DNA of 64,000 bases from Leucoraja ocellata (lineage: Eukaryota), in the NCBI GenBank assembly GCA_036785375.1, contig JAWMAR010000841.1:434001-498000 (forward strand), in the 5' to 3' direction. Below, in pieces: positions 37,910 to 50,770 of the stretch (position 1 is its first letter; each line of letters opens with the position of its first letter). The notes below the pieces were generated by a model. That model made no database searches, had not been told where the DNA came from, and saw nothing but the letters and a program-made list of their open reading frames with translations. A program made the translations under genes and the position numbers.

Positions 37910-38340
37910 AGGTTCAAAGGTATTTTATTGTCATGTGTACCAATTAAGGTAGAGTGAAACTCGTATTACCTATACAGCCGTACCAAACAAACTACAACCA
38001 CATAAAAGTTAACATAAACATCCACCACAGTGGATTCCCCACACTCCTCACTGTGATGGAAGGCAATAAAGTTAAATCTTCTTCCTCTTTGTTCTCCCAC
38101 GGTCGGGGCAGTCGAACCATTCACAGTCGGGGCCATCAAAGAACCCGCAGCCGACGATCAAAGCTCCCGTCAGGGTGATCGAAACTATCCGCAGCATGGA
38201 GCTCCCGAGTCGGCCTCTTCGTACCAGAGACCGCGGGCTTCCAAAGTTAAAGTCCCACATACTCCCGCCGCTTGGAGCGCCGGGTCGATCTCCAGTAAAG
38301 GCCGCCAACTCCACGATGTTAGGCCGCAGTGCGGACAGAT
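37910..38340 (-). mobile_element. CpG-rich non-autonomous retroposon with a Rex1/L2-like tail; a second copy at 21685-21890 (+)
   Basis: Both copies share actttattgccttccatcacag.gagga.tgt...atccactgtggtggatgtttatgttaa and a gacaataaa...(ttgaac) tail. Confidence 0.7.
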
Positions 38341-39197
38341 TTAAAAAAAAAAATCCAACATGAACAGTAATATTTCAGAATTGGATATGTGAAGAGCCAC
38401 AATGTGAATTTGACCAAACAGTCAGACTGGTGTGCTTCAAATTAATTCTGGAGTCTCCGACTTTCAAGGTGTCAGAATGAGTAGTTTTAAATGAATGATT
38501 TACATTATGATTTTGCGGTTGGATGGAAGAGAAGACGGACTTGCCTTTGTTTAATTGTGTGGGCTAACACACATCTGGTCACTCCCACTCGATACTACTC
38601 CCAGCCACTGCCTCCTGTATAATGAACATATATGTTATGCTGTATCTCTCAATGCCTATGGTTCTGTTTGAGGTTTAAATTAAGGGTCTGAAGATGGGTC
38701 TCGACCCATTCCTTCGCTTCAGAGATGCTGCCTGTCCTGCTGAGTTACTGCAGCTTTTTTGTGTCTACACAGTAATTATATTTCCTAATTCAACATTCAT
38801 GTTCATCGCTGGAGCCATTTTTTAATGCTACAGAGTAATGGAAGGAAGAATTTTTAGCTTCAATAAGGTGATTTTCCCCTAAAGTGATGCTGTTTTGTCC
38901 TCGTTTCATGATTTACGATCCATTTACTGTCCCTTGGAGTAAGCTCGGTTAATGTAAATGGTGTAAGTCACCATCTCTGGCCATGGTGGCACTAATTTTG
39001 TTCTTTATCTTGCAATGTGAAAATTGTCCAGAAGCTGAATGTGATTCTGTTGTTTGAGGGGGAAAACTAGTCTGAAAATATTACTCTAGCAACTTGGTGT
39101 GATTGGAGATGGAGAGTACTTGCATCTTAAACTGGTTATTGGGCTTGAGGGGCTTAACCTGAAAATGAAACCTGATATTGTAGGGGTCTGTGTTTCA

Positions 39198-39321
39198 GAA
39201 GGAACTGCAGATGCTGGAAAACCGAAGGTACACAAAAATGCTGGAGAAACTCAGCGGGTGCAGCAGCATCTATGGAGCGAAGGAGATAGGCAACCTTTCG
39301 GGCCGAAACCTTTCTTCAGAC
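39198..39321 (-). mobile_element. Hammerhead-bearing family copy (same subfamily as 4130-4257)
   Basis: Nearly identical to 4130-4251. Core reads CTGAAGA-A-AGGTTTCGGCCC-GAAAG-GTT. Confidence 0.7.
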
Positions 39322-39809
39322 AACCACAAATGTCTCACAAGGTGACATGAAGGAGGAGGAAGATCTTTAAGGCAAAGATCGATGGGTTCCTTGATAAGCA
39401 AGTGGATAAAAGCTTACCACAGATAGAAGGAATTACAGAGTTAATATTATAGCAAGATTAACCATAATCTTAATAAATGGCACATTCACGTGGAGCTAAA
39501 TGACCTACTCACATTCATAACGTATGTTCAGCTGATCTTTTACTGTGGCATTAAAGAAATGTTGAACTGCAGCCCACATTTTAAACTATAGGTTGTCGTT
39601 ATCTCATTGCTGTTTATAAGAATTTACTGCATACAAATTGGCTGTTCTGTTTTCTACTTCACAACAATGACCACAGTTTAGTCTAAAAGCACTTTGAAAA
39701 AGGACAGAAGTCGTACAAGATTTAAGTTCTCTTTAATTTTAACAGGATTCCAAAACGATTAGCGTAATTGCACTATCAATATTACCACGTTTTGCCTCGC
39801 TCTGTCCTT

Positions 39810-39815
39810 TTTATT
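39810..39815 (-). promoter_or_regulatory. Candidate AIFM3 polyadenylation signal (AATAAA), implying a ~0.7 kb 3'UTR
   Basis: tttatt on the plus strand, the first such hexamer I found downstream of the stop. It follows an AU-rich UTR-like stretch. Confidence 0.5.
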
Positions 39816-40521
39816 GTGTTAGATGCAGAAACACGCTTGCCAGGATCAGCAGATGTGCTGCTCAAGGAACATAATGTCATATGAAAGAACCCCATACAGG
39901 ACTTTCTTTTTATAAAAAAAGTACATTTCCCATTATTGCTTAACAGATTTACTAGAAACCACACCAATTCCTTTTAGATGATTAGAATGTGCAAGAGCCT
40001 TGTCTGGGTCATTATGTGACCATCAGTTTCTCAATACAGTGAGCCGTGGACCCAACAGGATAACATTTAGAGTCAGTCGCTCTTGTCAACAAGGGGTCAG
40101 GGAGAAACATGCAGTAGAGGCCATATGCAATATTGGGTTGAGTGTAGGCAGGGGCACAGGCAAGAAGACCTGATACCCTTCACCTTCATTGGCACACTTG
40201 AGTAAGGAACTGCTTTACTTTTGGATGTTTGGTGAGTCCCCATGTGGAGTGAAACATGGAGTTGCGAGGCTGATCTTCTGCTCCAGGCATTGCTGTCTTT
40301 CAAAATTGGAGACCACCACCTTGATTCGAGAAAGACAGCAGCTTGACCATTCTGTACTAAAGTGCGTGCTGCTATCCCCTCCTTGTCCCACCATCCCTCT
40401 CCACACAGCACAACCTACTGCTGGTGATTTTGTACTACAGAAAGGTCTGTCCAACTGAGCCACTGAGATCTGTTCCAAGCTGTGGCTTTGCCCAGGGCAC
40501 AGGGTCCACTGGCAGTTTGCA

Positions 40522-40561
40522 CTATGTGCCTTTGCCAAAGAGCCAAGACATGTCACCTGTC
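40522..40561 (-). CDS. AIFM3: AIFM3 terminal coding exon (E)TGDMSWLFGKGT-stop
   Basis: ttttgtctttcag| acceptor, 40 coding nt ending in TAG. Matches the recalled human C-terminus TGDMSWLTGKGS. Confidence 0.95.
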
Positions 40562-41809
40562 CTGAAAGACAAAAGAAACCCCCAAGGGTCATTATTGCCC
40601 CATGCAGCCATCGTCTTCAATAAAACTATAACTGCTGTGCAGGATATTTTCCAGCAAGTCTTAATTTGCACCCAGTTCTCTAAAGAACTGGTGTCAGTTG
40701 TACCATAGTTGCCTTTGAGTTAGAAGATTGTGGGTTCAAGTCTTATTCCAGCCTCTCGGGTGCATAACCAGCTGAGCATTACAATGCAACTTTGACAGGA
40801 TGTTGCACTGTTGGAAATGCCACCTTTCAGATATGAACATAAGACACAGGGGCAGAAATAAGCCATTCGGCCCATCTTCTGCTCCACTATTTGATCATGG
40901 CTATTTTTCCCCCTTAACCCCATTCTCCTGCCTATTCCCAGTGACCTTTGATGCATTTACTCATCTAGCTCACTCTCACATAAACATAATAATCCATGAC
41001 ACGATTAGATCCGGATATCCGGACAAATATTTATCTCAAAACGTAGCACATTGCTGTTTGTTGAACCTTGCATATTGGCTAAGTTGGGTCCCCTTAAAAG
41101 TCACTAAGTTACTGCAAACAATTCAAGGGCATTAGGATGGATTCTTCACAGAAGGAATGTTAAATCGCAAACTGCACGACCCAAAGAGCAGACTCCTAAC
41201 TTGTTACCGCGACTGACACTTTGTGATCAGAAAGCCCTTAAAGACTCGTGTCTCATGTCAGCCAATCTGCAACAAAATGATTCATGGCTACCATGGAGGA
41301 CAGAGAGAATGGAGTAGGAATACAGAAGCACCAAAGTTGTCAGAGAGAGAGAGAGAGACAAAGAACGGCAATAAATTAAATGTACATCTGGAGGGATAAC
41401 CCACAAATAATGGAGCAATACTGGGAAGAAAAATTAATGACAGATCAAAAGATATGTAAAGTCTAAACGCTCTTCTTATTCACTTCCACCCCTCCTACAC
41501 ACCTCGAGCCCAACTCTTCACACCCCATCGTAGACAGTTGATCACTATAGATGAACATTTATTTAATACAAAGGGATTGATGTTGTATTATTCACTGAGG
41601 ACACGAGGGAAGCTCCCCTTGGGCACCGTCCATCAGGTAGGCAAGGAGAAACCAACGCAAGCAGAATACACTTAGGTGCCCATTAAGTGAGTTCTTCAGC
41701 AGTTAAATTCTCCAGAAATTATTCTTTGGTGGTTTAAGAACAGACTGCACAATTTAGGATCTCTGGTGGAATTTGGAGCAGCCTTGTCAAGGGGCCGTGT
41801 TCCTTGTGT

Positions 41810-42018
41810 TGTAGGAAGGAACTGCAGATGCTGGTTCACACTGAAGATAGACACAAAATGCTGGAGTAACTCATCAGGTCAGGCAGCATCTCTGGAGAAA
41901 AGGAATAGGCGACGTTCTGGGTCGAGACCTTTCTTCAGACCCTGAAAACCCTTCAGTCTGAAGAAGGGTCTCAATCCTAAACGTCGCCTATTCCTTTTCT
42001 CCAGAGATGCTGCCTGAC
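41810..42018. mobile_element. Same hammerhead-bearing family, two copies in inverted arrangement
   Basis: About 62-nt arms (41878-41940 and 41956-42018) are near-perfect reverse complements. Each carries a mutated CTGAAGA...GAAACGTC core. Confidence 0.75.
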
Positions 42019-43273
42019 ACGCTGTGTTCCTTGTTACTGCCAAATTGCTTCTGATGATCGCCTTGTGAGCTTCAGTTTATAATAGGACGACTTGAAATCT
42101 GAATGCGGACACAGAATGGAAGTGCCCAGTTAATTTTTGCGATTGTTGTGATTTTATCCAGAAAGTGTCATTCGTGCAATTTGTTTCGGAGTTATATCAA
42201 TTCGGAATCAGTTGGCATTGGGAAAACCCAGCACCAGGAGAGTCATTTTATAGGCAAATGTCGTGATTTTGAGTGCAGTCAGCAGCTGATCCCAGTTCAA
42301 ATACTTAGCAATGGTAGCTAAAGACAAATGCTCCCCCACACACGCACACATTTGCTAACCCAATGACTCCTATTGCTCGTCCTGCAACAGGCCACCTACA
42401 AATTAAAAGACAACATTTTCACTGGAGGAAGATTACATGCACATAAATCGTGTACAAGCATGCAACAATTCAGATAGAAACTGCTGATCCATCAGTCTTG
42501 TGACTAAACACATCTTTCCAGCAGTGGCCATACTTTTACCAATGGTGGATGAGTTATATTAAAGAATAAAACTACCAACTACCTACCAGCCATGATGTTC
42601 AAATATCCTTAAGAACGAGAGCACAGAGGAGGGAAAAAGAGATACCTTGAGATGAGCATTATGTGACCACATTATAACTACTAAACCACCCCAATGTCGC
42701 ATATGCCCTTTCTTGCATGCAAGGCCTCTAGATGTGGCTACTGCAACTTTACACACTGCATCTAGAAAGATGCTCACATTTCCATCTCTGCCAGTGTGTT
42801 ACCTACTCCAGCCTTTTAACCAAAACTGGACAGGTGTATGAACAAATAAAACTGATGAAGCATAGAAAAGCGACTGGGCCATCGCGCCTCGGCAGTTGAA
42901 TCACGATGGCTCATGCATCACAATTTAGGCAGCACTTGTCCACCAGAACCATGCAACCTCGTGGGAAAGGTGAGGACATATCAGTTTAAACATTTAATGC
43001 AAGTTATTGGGTAATTTTAATGCACCCCATCAGACATGATCCACTTCTTTCACGTCTTTATTGACATGGGATGCATCATTAGATTTGGAAATAGGGAAAA
43101 GGTTAGCCAGTAAAAAAATTAAATAAAAACGTTTCTATTTAACATGTCATAATTCAGATTGATTTTTTTTTTCATTTAAACTATGACGGGAGACAGCCTG
43201 AGTGGAGCTCTCTCTCCCCTTCTCCATTCGACAATCCCCTCCTGAAATATCATCTGTCCATCTCCTCCACAGA

Positions 43274-43771
43274 TAGGGTTGCCAGCTTTTTCACTCCCAA
43301 ATAAAGGACAAAAGGTCAAAATAAGGAACAAATTCCCAACGGCAATTTGTTGACCGACTCGGCCGTGGCTGGGTGAATGATGAGTTGGGCCGGGTGCTGG
43401 ACTGCACACAAAGCCCAGCCGGCGGGGCCAGCTGAGGAGTTTTGGCCCGCACGAAGTCCAGCACCCCATCCAACGCATGAACCGATGATCGGCCATGAGG
43501 GGGAGGGGTGGTGGTGTCGGCGGTAAGCGATGGTCGGACAGCTGGCTGGGCTGCTGACCAACATGGGCGAGGCACTGCTGCTGCACTCCATGGGCTGCAT
43601 TACGTCGGGACGGGTGAGGCAGGGTCGGACGCGGCGCTCCGACCCGACAGTCCTTCGTCCCGAGTAGTAGCAGTTGAATACGGGACAGGGTCGGTCCCAT
43701 GTGGGACAAACCAAATTAGCCCAAGATACGGGATGTCCCGGTTAATTAATAAGGGACAGTTGACAACCCTA
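43274..43771. mobile_element. Young hAT-superfamily MITE (Blackjack-like TIRs), 498 bp
   Basis: TIR TAGGGTTGCCA...TGACAACCCTA. Perfect 8-bp TSD TCCACAGA at 43266-43273 and 43772-43779. GGGACA subterminal repeats; CpG-rich. Confidence 0.9.
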
Positions 43772-43892
43772 TCCACAGATGCTGCCCGACCCGCTGAATT
43801 CCTCTAGAACCTTGTTTATTTGTTCAAATGGGATCGGTGGTCATCCTGTTTAAACTAGTTGTATACATGAGAGGGTTTGTAACGTTACTTAC

Positions 43893-43997
43893 TCGACATC
43901 CCTTTTCTTGATTGTCCTCCCAGATGCCATGACCTCTGCTACTTTAGACACAATGGGGTCATAGTTCATGCTCGACACGGCAATGACCTCATCGCTC
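43893..43997 (-). CDS. AIFM3: AIFM3 exon (K)SDEVIAVSSMNYDPIVSKVAEVMASGRTIKKRDV(E)
   Basis: 105 nt, ctccag|...|gtaagt, phase 2/2. Confidence 0.96.
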
Positions 43998-44937
43998 CTG
44001 GAGAACGAAAACACAAACGTTACCCAATGTTCTTTTATTATTTACCATTTTGTTTTTGTGAAAGACACATGAAAGATCAAGGACGGTGAAAGAAGACAAA
44101 CATCGTTAGTTATCTATCCTTGTTTGGCCTACAACAATGTACCACAGAGAGAAAGGAAATCGGAACAGTCTTGCCGATGAGCCCTCATTTTGAAATTAAT
44201 CTCGTTGAAGATGAACGAATGAGCTTTGGTCTTAGTCACCAAAGGAAACTTGGGATTCTTATGTCAGAGTCTTGTGAAAGATCAGTGTATACTTTCCAGA
44301 AGTGTGCTGCTGTTCAAGTAGTCAAAATTGTATTCCTGGGTGTTATATAGGGCTACTGGAGAAGCTCAGTGGATCAGGCAGCTACAGTAGAGTCAAGGAG
44401 ACAATTGAGGGAGAAGAGAATATAAGGAATGCAGATTACTTCATTGTAGCACAGATTGGCAGCCATTCGGCCCAGCAGGTTCATGCCAGCTCTTTGCCAT
44501 GTTAGATTCCGTAGAGTAGGACGAGAAACCTTGGGCCCAATAATGCTATTTCTGCGCTACACATTTAATCTTCTGCCACTATCAGCCACAATTCAAAACA
44601 AGAACATAGTTTTGAAGAGTCTTCATTTTTTTTTACACACAAAAAAGTACAATTACCAAAATTAGAGAGTACATATAGAAGTATTAATATCAATATTGGT
44701 GAAACATGATCAGCAGGAGAAAGAAAATCACAGTTGGATCTAAACTGTTTGCAAGGACACACCTACAAAGAAAATGACATTGTACCAGACGATTGAATGT
44801 TATATTATTGTTAGGGTTAAACACCGTGATCATGCAAAGACAAGAAAATATCGTTTGAGCTCTGAAGAATCTGGGAAATGTAATTGGCAGGAATTATTTT
44901 AAAAAAAAATAAAGCAGATAAATAACAACATACAAGG

Positions 44938-45855
44938 CATGATTGGTAAGTTTGCAGTTGACACAAAAGTGGGTGCTATTGTATATAGTGAAAGTGGTTG
45001 TCAAAAATTGCAGCAGGTTCTTGATCGGTTGGGCAGGTGGGCTGAGAAATGGTTAATGGAGTTTATTTAATGCAGAGGAGTGTGAGGTGTCGCATTTTGG
45101 GAAGGCAAACCAAGGCAGGACCTACATGGTGAATGTCAGGGTGCTGCAATAGAGCAGAGGGATCTAGGAGTGCAGGTACACAGTTCCTTGAAAGTGGTGT
45201 CACAAGTAGATAGGGTGGTGAAGGTGGCTTTCAGCACATTGGCCTCCATCAGTCAGAGTATTCAGTATAGACATTGAGAGGTCATGTTGCAGTTGTACAA
45301 GATATTAGTGAGGCCACATTTAGAGTATTGTGTTCAGTTTTGGTCACCCTTTTATTGAAAAGATGTTGCTAAGCTAAAAATGGCGCAGAAACGATTTACG
45401 AGGATGTTGCCAGGACTCGAGGGCCTATAGGGAGTGTTTGAGCAGGCTCGGACTTTATTCCTTGGAATGCAGGTGGATGAGGAGTGTCTGACAGAGGTGT
45501 ATAAAATCATGAGGGGAGTAGATAGGGTAAATGTAGTCTTTTACCTAGAGTAGATTAAATTGCGAATCAGAGGATATTGGTTTAAGGTGAGAGGGGGGGA
45601 AAGATTTAATAGGAATCTGATGGACAATTTTTTTTACACAAAGGTTGATAGGTATATGGAACAAGCTGCAGGAAGAGGTAGTTGAGGCAGGTACTATCAC
45701 AACATTTAAGAAACGTTTAGACAGTTACATGGAATGGATAGGTTTAAAAGAATACGAGCCAAACGCAGGCAGGTGGGACTGGTGTAGACGGGGCATATTG
45801 TTTGATGTGGGCAAATTGGGCTGAAGGGCCTATTTCCATGCAGTACGACTCGATA
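44938..45855 (+). mobile_element. CR1-type LINE RT to 3' end, degenerate
   Basis: KFAVDTKVG, LVRPHLEYCVQFWSP, tail gggcctatttccatgcagta. Confidence 0.9.
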
Positions 45856-47470
45856 GATTATAAAAAGATTGCCAAAGGAGAATAATGGCAACTTAAAAAT
45901 GCGGAAACATAGCAAGACCTGTGGATTCTCCACAGATTTAGCCAGGAATCTGGACTTTAAAAGATCTTTAGGATCAAATTCAGATCAGATCAGATTCAAC
46001 TTTAATTGTCATTGCCAGTGTACAGTACAGAGCCAACAAAATGCATTCGATAACAAACAAGGGACGATATATCACCCCATGAGTGGCACAGGTGCTTGGT
46101 TTAAGGATAATTTGTGAACATTAATGAGCATAATACTAATTAATGTATCGGCGCTGAGAATGTTGGAAGAGTTTTTGCATTGTTCTTGTTTTGTATATAT
46201 TTTTGTTTTTCTGAATAACTTTTTTTTGGGGGGGGGGAAGCAGACAACTTAAAATGTACAAATAAAGATTTGAGGATGGCTAACTAGGATATAAAATAGA
46301 ATGTGAAAAATAAATGGATAAATTGTAGGGAATTTAGAAACAAGAACAGTGTTTACAAAAAATGGTAATGAAAAGTTGGGTCTATTACAAGATAAACTCT
46401 GTGGTAGCAAATAGAAAATGATGGATTCATCAGAAGGTTGTGAGATTCATCTTCATTGCCTGAAAGTAAATTGATGGAATACTTGTTCCCTTTAGAGCAT
46501 CTACAAATGAAATCAATGGAAATTAAATATGCAGTTAGTTTTAGTACTGATATTGTCAGGTTTTTGTTAGCTAATGTTGGCAATGGATATGGAGGTAAAG
46601 TGGAGATACAGATCAGCCATGATCTATCTAAATGAAAGTTGGGAACAGGCTCAAGATACTAAATTGCATGTTCCTAATTCCTATTCCAGACACAATCTAT
46701 GTAACTGGCTTTATACTGTCAAGAGAACTCAATGGAAAGGACTACGAGTTGCTGAGTACAGTGGGTGGTCGAATTGATCTGATTAGTTACGCAGCAGGTA
46801 TTCATTTTAACGTGTCTTGGCATAATATTACTCCCTACGATTTCACACTCAGATATAGACTGTTGATTTGAGAGTCTTAATAGTTTTTCTTGCAAAACCT
46901 TACAGCTAACAGACATTGGATCCAGTAGAATGTCATGACTAGATTGTGTCTCTTGCACAAGGGTTTGCAAGATCTTGAAGCAAAGGTCAAGCTTTGAAAA
47001 TCCACCAATTCCATGGTCCCAACTATTGTGACGCAGACACCTTTTATTCTGGGTAGCAGTAATCAGAACAAGTGAAGATCTGAAGTTCAGTTCAATTTTC
47101 ATCACTGATTTTACAATTCCAAGTTAAAGCTGTTTATCCTCCTCACTGCCAGTGTACCTGTTCCCAAATGGGCAGTTGGATGGACAACAGAATCAAGCAT
47201 AATGCAAGCCAGAAGAACATTTTGTACATAGCAGATTAAATAAACTCTAGTGAGCTATTCCTATATCTGTACTCGCCCAAGTACACACAGACCTGTCTCT
47301 ATACCACTGTTATCGTAAACATACGTTCTGTAATTCTCACATTTATCTGTACAACTCACGTACATCTATTCCCCACCATCTCCACATACATGCAAATGTG
47401 CCAGTCATTGTATACATCCATGCTCTTTATAACTCCTAATATAAACAGCAATGCTATTATAGTTGTATAC

Positions 47471-47893
47471 TGTGTAGTGGCCATTTGGCTTCATTTTGTG
47501 TGTCATAAATTATGGCATTTGCCTTTAAATTTTGTCTGCCTGTATTTATGTGGGTGGGATTTATTACGTAGTCGGAGGCGTGTTTGCTGCTGGGATTCTT
47601 GGGCAGAAGCTTGTAGTTTTTTTTAAGTTAGTTCGGAGTAAGCATGGCGGGAAGGCATATCTTTCGACCATGCGGAGCATTCTAACATTGATCAGTCTGT
47701 ATGAATATCTTACTGTTTTACTTCGACAATAAAGAAACTATTAATCAAGAGACCGTTTTGAAAGTGTATCTTTCGAGAGGCTTTGAACGGTGCGTGGAGA
47801 GGTCCCATGCGTATACGACGCTATCTCCTTACCCCGTGTCTCCTCATGGTGGCTAAAGGGACAAATTCCTTGAACGATATAATACTGCTACCA
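47471..47893 (+). mobile_element. Probable solo LTR
   Basis: TG...CA ends (tgtgtag...ctacca). Flanking direct repeat tatac at 47466-47470 and 47894-47898 (extendable to tatactg). Internal AATAAA at 47728; CpG-rich relative to the flanks. Confidence 0.65.
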
Positions 47894-49123
47894 TATACTG
47901 TATATGTATACCTGCAATTCTTTATCTCTACATGTGTTTCCACACCTTGAAAGATCCATGCACAGGTTCCTGTACATTGATAAATCTATCTTCATGATGC
48001 CATAACTCATGTTGTATATATCTATTTGCACCTGTTCCTAATGTTCTCACTATTTATATCCATATCCTTGTTCCCAGATTTCTCAAAAAGACCAGCTGCA
48101 GTCCTGCAGTTCACCAACAATTCTACTGGAGTATCTGCACCATTTTCTAGGGCCAGGTCGGATCTCCTACAGAAACTATCCTGTATATATTGAAACCATT
48201 GGCATCTGTTGAAGCATAAGAGCTATTTTAGCTGGGTAGATAGCACTCGCGATAATTCCCTTTCAAATATTGGCCACAGTATCTCATATGATGGATCCCC
48301 CTGGCATCAATCTCAATGTTGCAAGTCACGCACAGCTCATAACCTTCCTTACCAAGAGAATTACAGCTTCAGTATGAAACCTCGTGCTTTCATTGGACCC
48401 TCGCATAAACTAGGAGAATATGGCATTGAAAGACACAAAGTGCTGGAGTAATTCAGTGGAGAGTAACTCTGGAGAAGATGGATATGTGACGTTTCGGGCC
48501 GGTAGAAAAACAAAACTGGGTGAAAGTTGAGACTCATTTGCTAACCAATACAGCTGACCTTACACCTGGATAGTTATCCTTCTGAGGATACAAAAGATGC
48601 TAAATAAATTCCAAATCCCCCTTTCTAATCATTCATGATCTAACTATTATTGTGGTTAATCTAACACACAACTGGCATCAGCATTCAGCTAAGGAGAGTA
48701 TACTAATCTGCAGATATTGGAAGGCACTTGGGCTGAAATGAGCGAACGTCCAGCAGTGGAGTGGAAGAGGTTAAACTGAGCTCTGCATGTGTCAGTATGA
48801 GTGGTTATCAGAATGATGATTGGGAAAGAGACGGAGAGAAGCATATATAGGGATGGATTCCTCCACCAGTGAACTCCATTTTTACCTCCAGGTCTGTATG
48901 CAGTTGTTCATCCCAGTGGCTTTCCTAAATTGTAAAATAATCTCAGTTTTAAACGCCAGACACAAACAAAAGCACAATTTCACATAGAAATAAACTTATT
49001 TTAAAGAGAGTCAGTATAAAGCATTTATCATTATGTGGTCTGGTGCTGTCATCTTACTTTACAGTAGCTGTGAGAAATCTTGGATAGCCAAAGTCAGGAC
49101 AGCAAATAGTTAGAAGCACCTAC

Positions 49124-49199
49124 TTTGTGTAAAACGCCACAAACTTCCGCTCATCCAAATCTCCTTGAATGATAACATCATCGAATCCTTCCCCATGAC
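49124..49199 (-). CDS. AIFM3: AIFM3 exon (G)HGEGFDDVIIQGDLDERKFVAFYT(K)
   Basis: 76 nt, ttgcag|...|gtaggt, phase 1/2. Confidence 0.96.
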
Positions 49200-50479
49200 C
49201 TGCAAGAGGTAAGGAGTTGCAATCATAGAATCATACAGCGTGGATACAGGCCATTCGGCCCAAGTTGCCCATTCCAACCAACATGTCCCATCTACATTAA
49301 TCCTAGCATATCCCTCTAAACCTGTCCTATCCATGTACCTGTCTAATTGTTTCTTAAATGTTGCCTTAAATAGTCCCTGCCTCAACTATCTCCCATGTCA
49401 GCTCGTTTCCTACACACTCAAAGTTTTTATGTTCAGTCAGGGAGATTAAGAGAAACATTGAAAAATAAAATTGTCCTTCACCAAAACACTTCAATCATTG
49501 AGGAAACTGTCTAACAAGCTAACGTAGCTCTTGCTCCCTCATTGCTTCCCACACTGAATTGTATCTGCTGCCTGCTACCCATTCCAGTAATGGATACATT
49601 TGGCCTCCTGTGAAATAAACTGTAAAAATTCCATAACCATGGGCAGGATAGGATGTCCGCAATGGAAGGATGCAACAACGAATGGGCAGCTAGTGGTGGG
49701 GTGTGACCCTCTTCCATTAGAAATGGCGTGTCTGCAATTGTAATTGGTAAAGCTTAACATTCCTCCAGATTCTTCTGTTTCTGGGTTTAAAGTCGCCTCA
49801 TAACTATCCGAAATCTCCTAACAGCCATTTTTTTCTGAAAATCCAATGACACTGTATTCACCCTCCTTTCTACTGATTCAGCCATTTCTTCAAAAAATCT
49901 TGTCAAAGTGATCAGTTTACAATAATTACAAACTCAATGCTGAAACTGATAATCCCACAAGTATTTAAAATTCTTTTTTGTATATCGAGGATATTATCAA
50001 CATTCTCATCAACAACCACTCCAACAAACTTTTCAAGATATTTATGTACGTTATTGTGCTTTTTCTGTTTGCGCTGCCTGCTGCACTTGTCCACGACTTG
50101 ATTGTTTTTATGTACAGTATAATTTGACTGGATAGCACAAGAGTTTTCACAATTCATGTGTATATGTGGCAATAATAAACCAACACCAATCTCCTGTCCT
50201 CTCCTCGTCTGCCCTTTTGTTTACTTTTCTTCCCATTCCACTTTGTACTCTTCCTATTTTAATGGTGTCGTTTTTTCCAGTTATGATTAATCTCCAATGG
50301 TTTTGTTCTGCGTGTAACAGAGTAGCTATTAAGACAAAGAACTGAAACATTCACTTTGCACTGCAAGGGAATAGCAAGGCCAAAATAAATCAGTGTTGAA
50401 AAGACTGAATTTGAAAGTAACTTTCAGAATACGAACAATGCCAGACATTTCTGTCAGAATTACCCTGGAAGTGATAGTT

Positions 50480-50770
50480 ATAGAGTGATACAGTGTGGAA
50501 ACAGGCCCTTCGGCCCAACATATCCCAGCCACACTAGTCCCACCTGCCCACGTTTGGTCCATATCCCTCCAAACCCATCCTATCCATGTACTTGTCTAAC
50601 TGTTTCTTAAATATTGGGATATTCCCTGCCTCAACTACCTCCTCTGGCAGCTTGTCCCATTCACTCAACCACCCTATGTGTGAAAAGGTTACCCCTCAGT
50701 TTCCTATTCCCCTTCACCTTAAACCTATGTCCTCTGGTCCCCAATTCACTTTCACTGGACAAGAGACTGT
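50480..50770 (-). mobile_element. CR1-type LINE 3' end (similar fragments at 5990-6102, 9307-9380, 26840-26985, 40830-40960, 49225-49410)
   Basis: cagtgtggaaacaggcccttcggccc...tatccatgtac..gtctaa.tgtttcttaaa. Confidence 0.8.

Noticed and set aside
43176-43807. Longest ORFs in the track (177, 132, 99 and 94 aa)
   Set aside because: They lie within a GC-rich MITE, overlap in several frames and have no recognisable protein motif.
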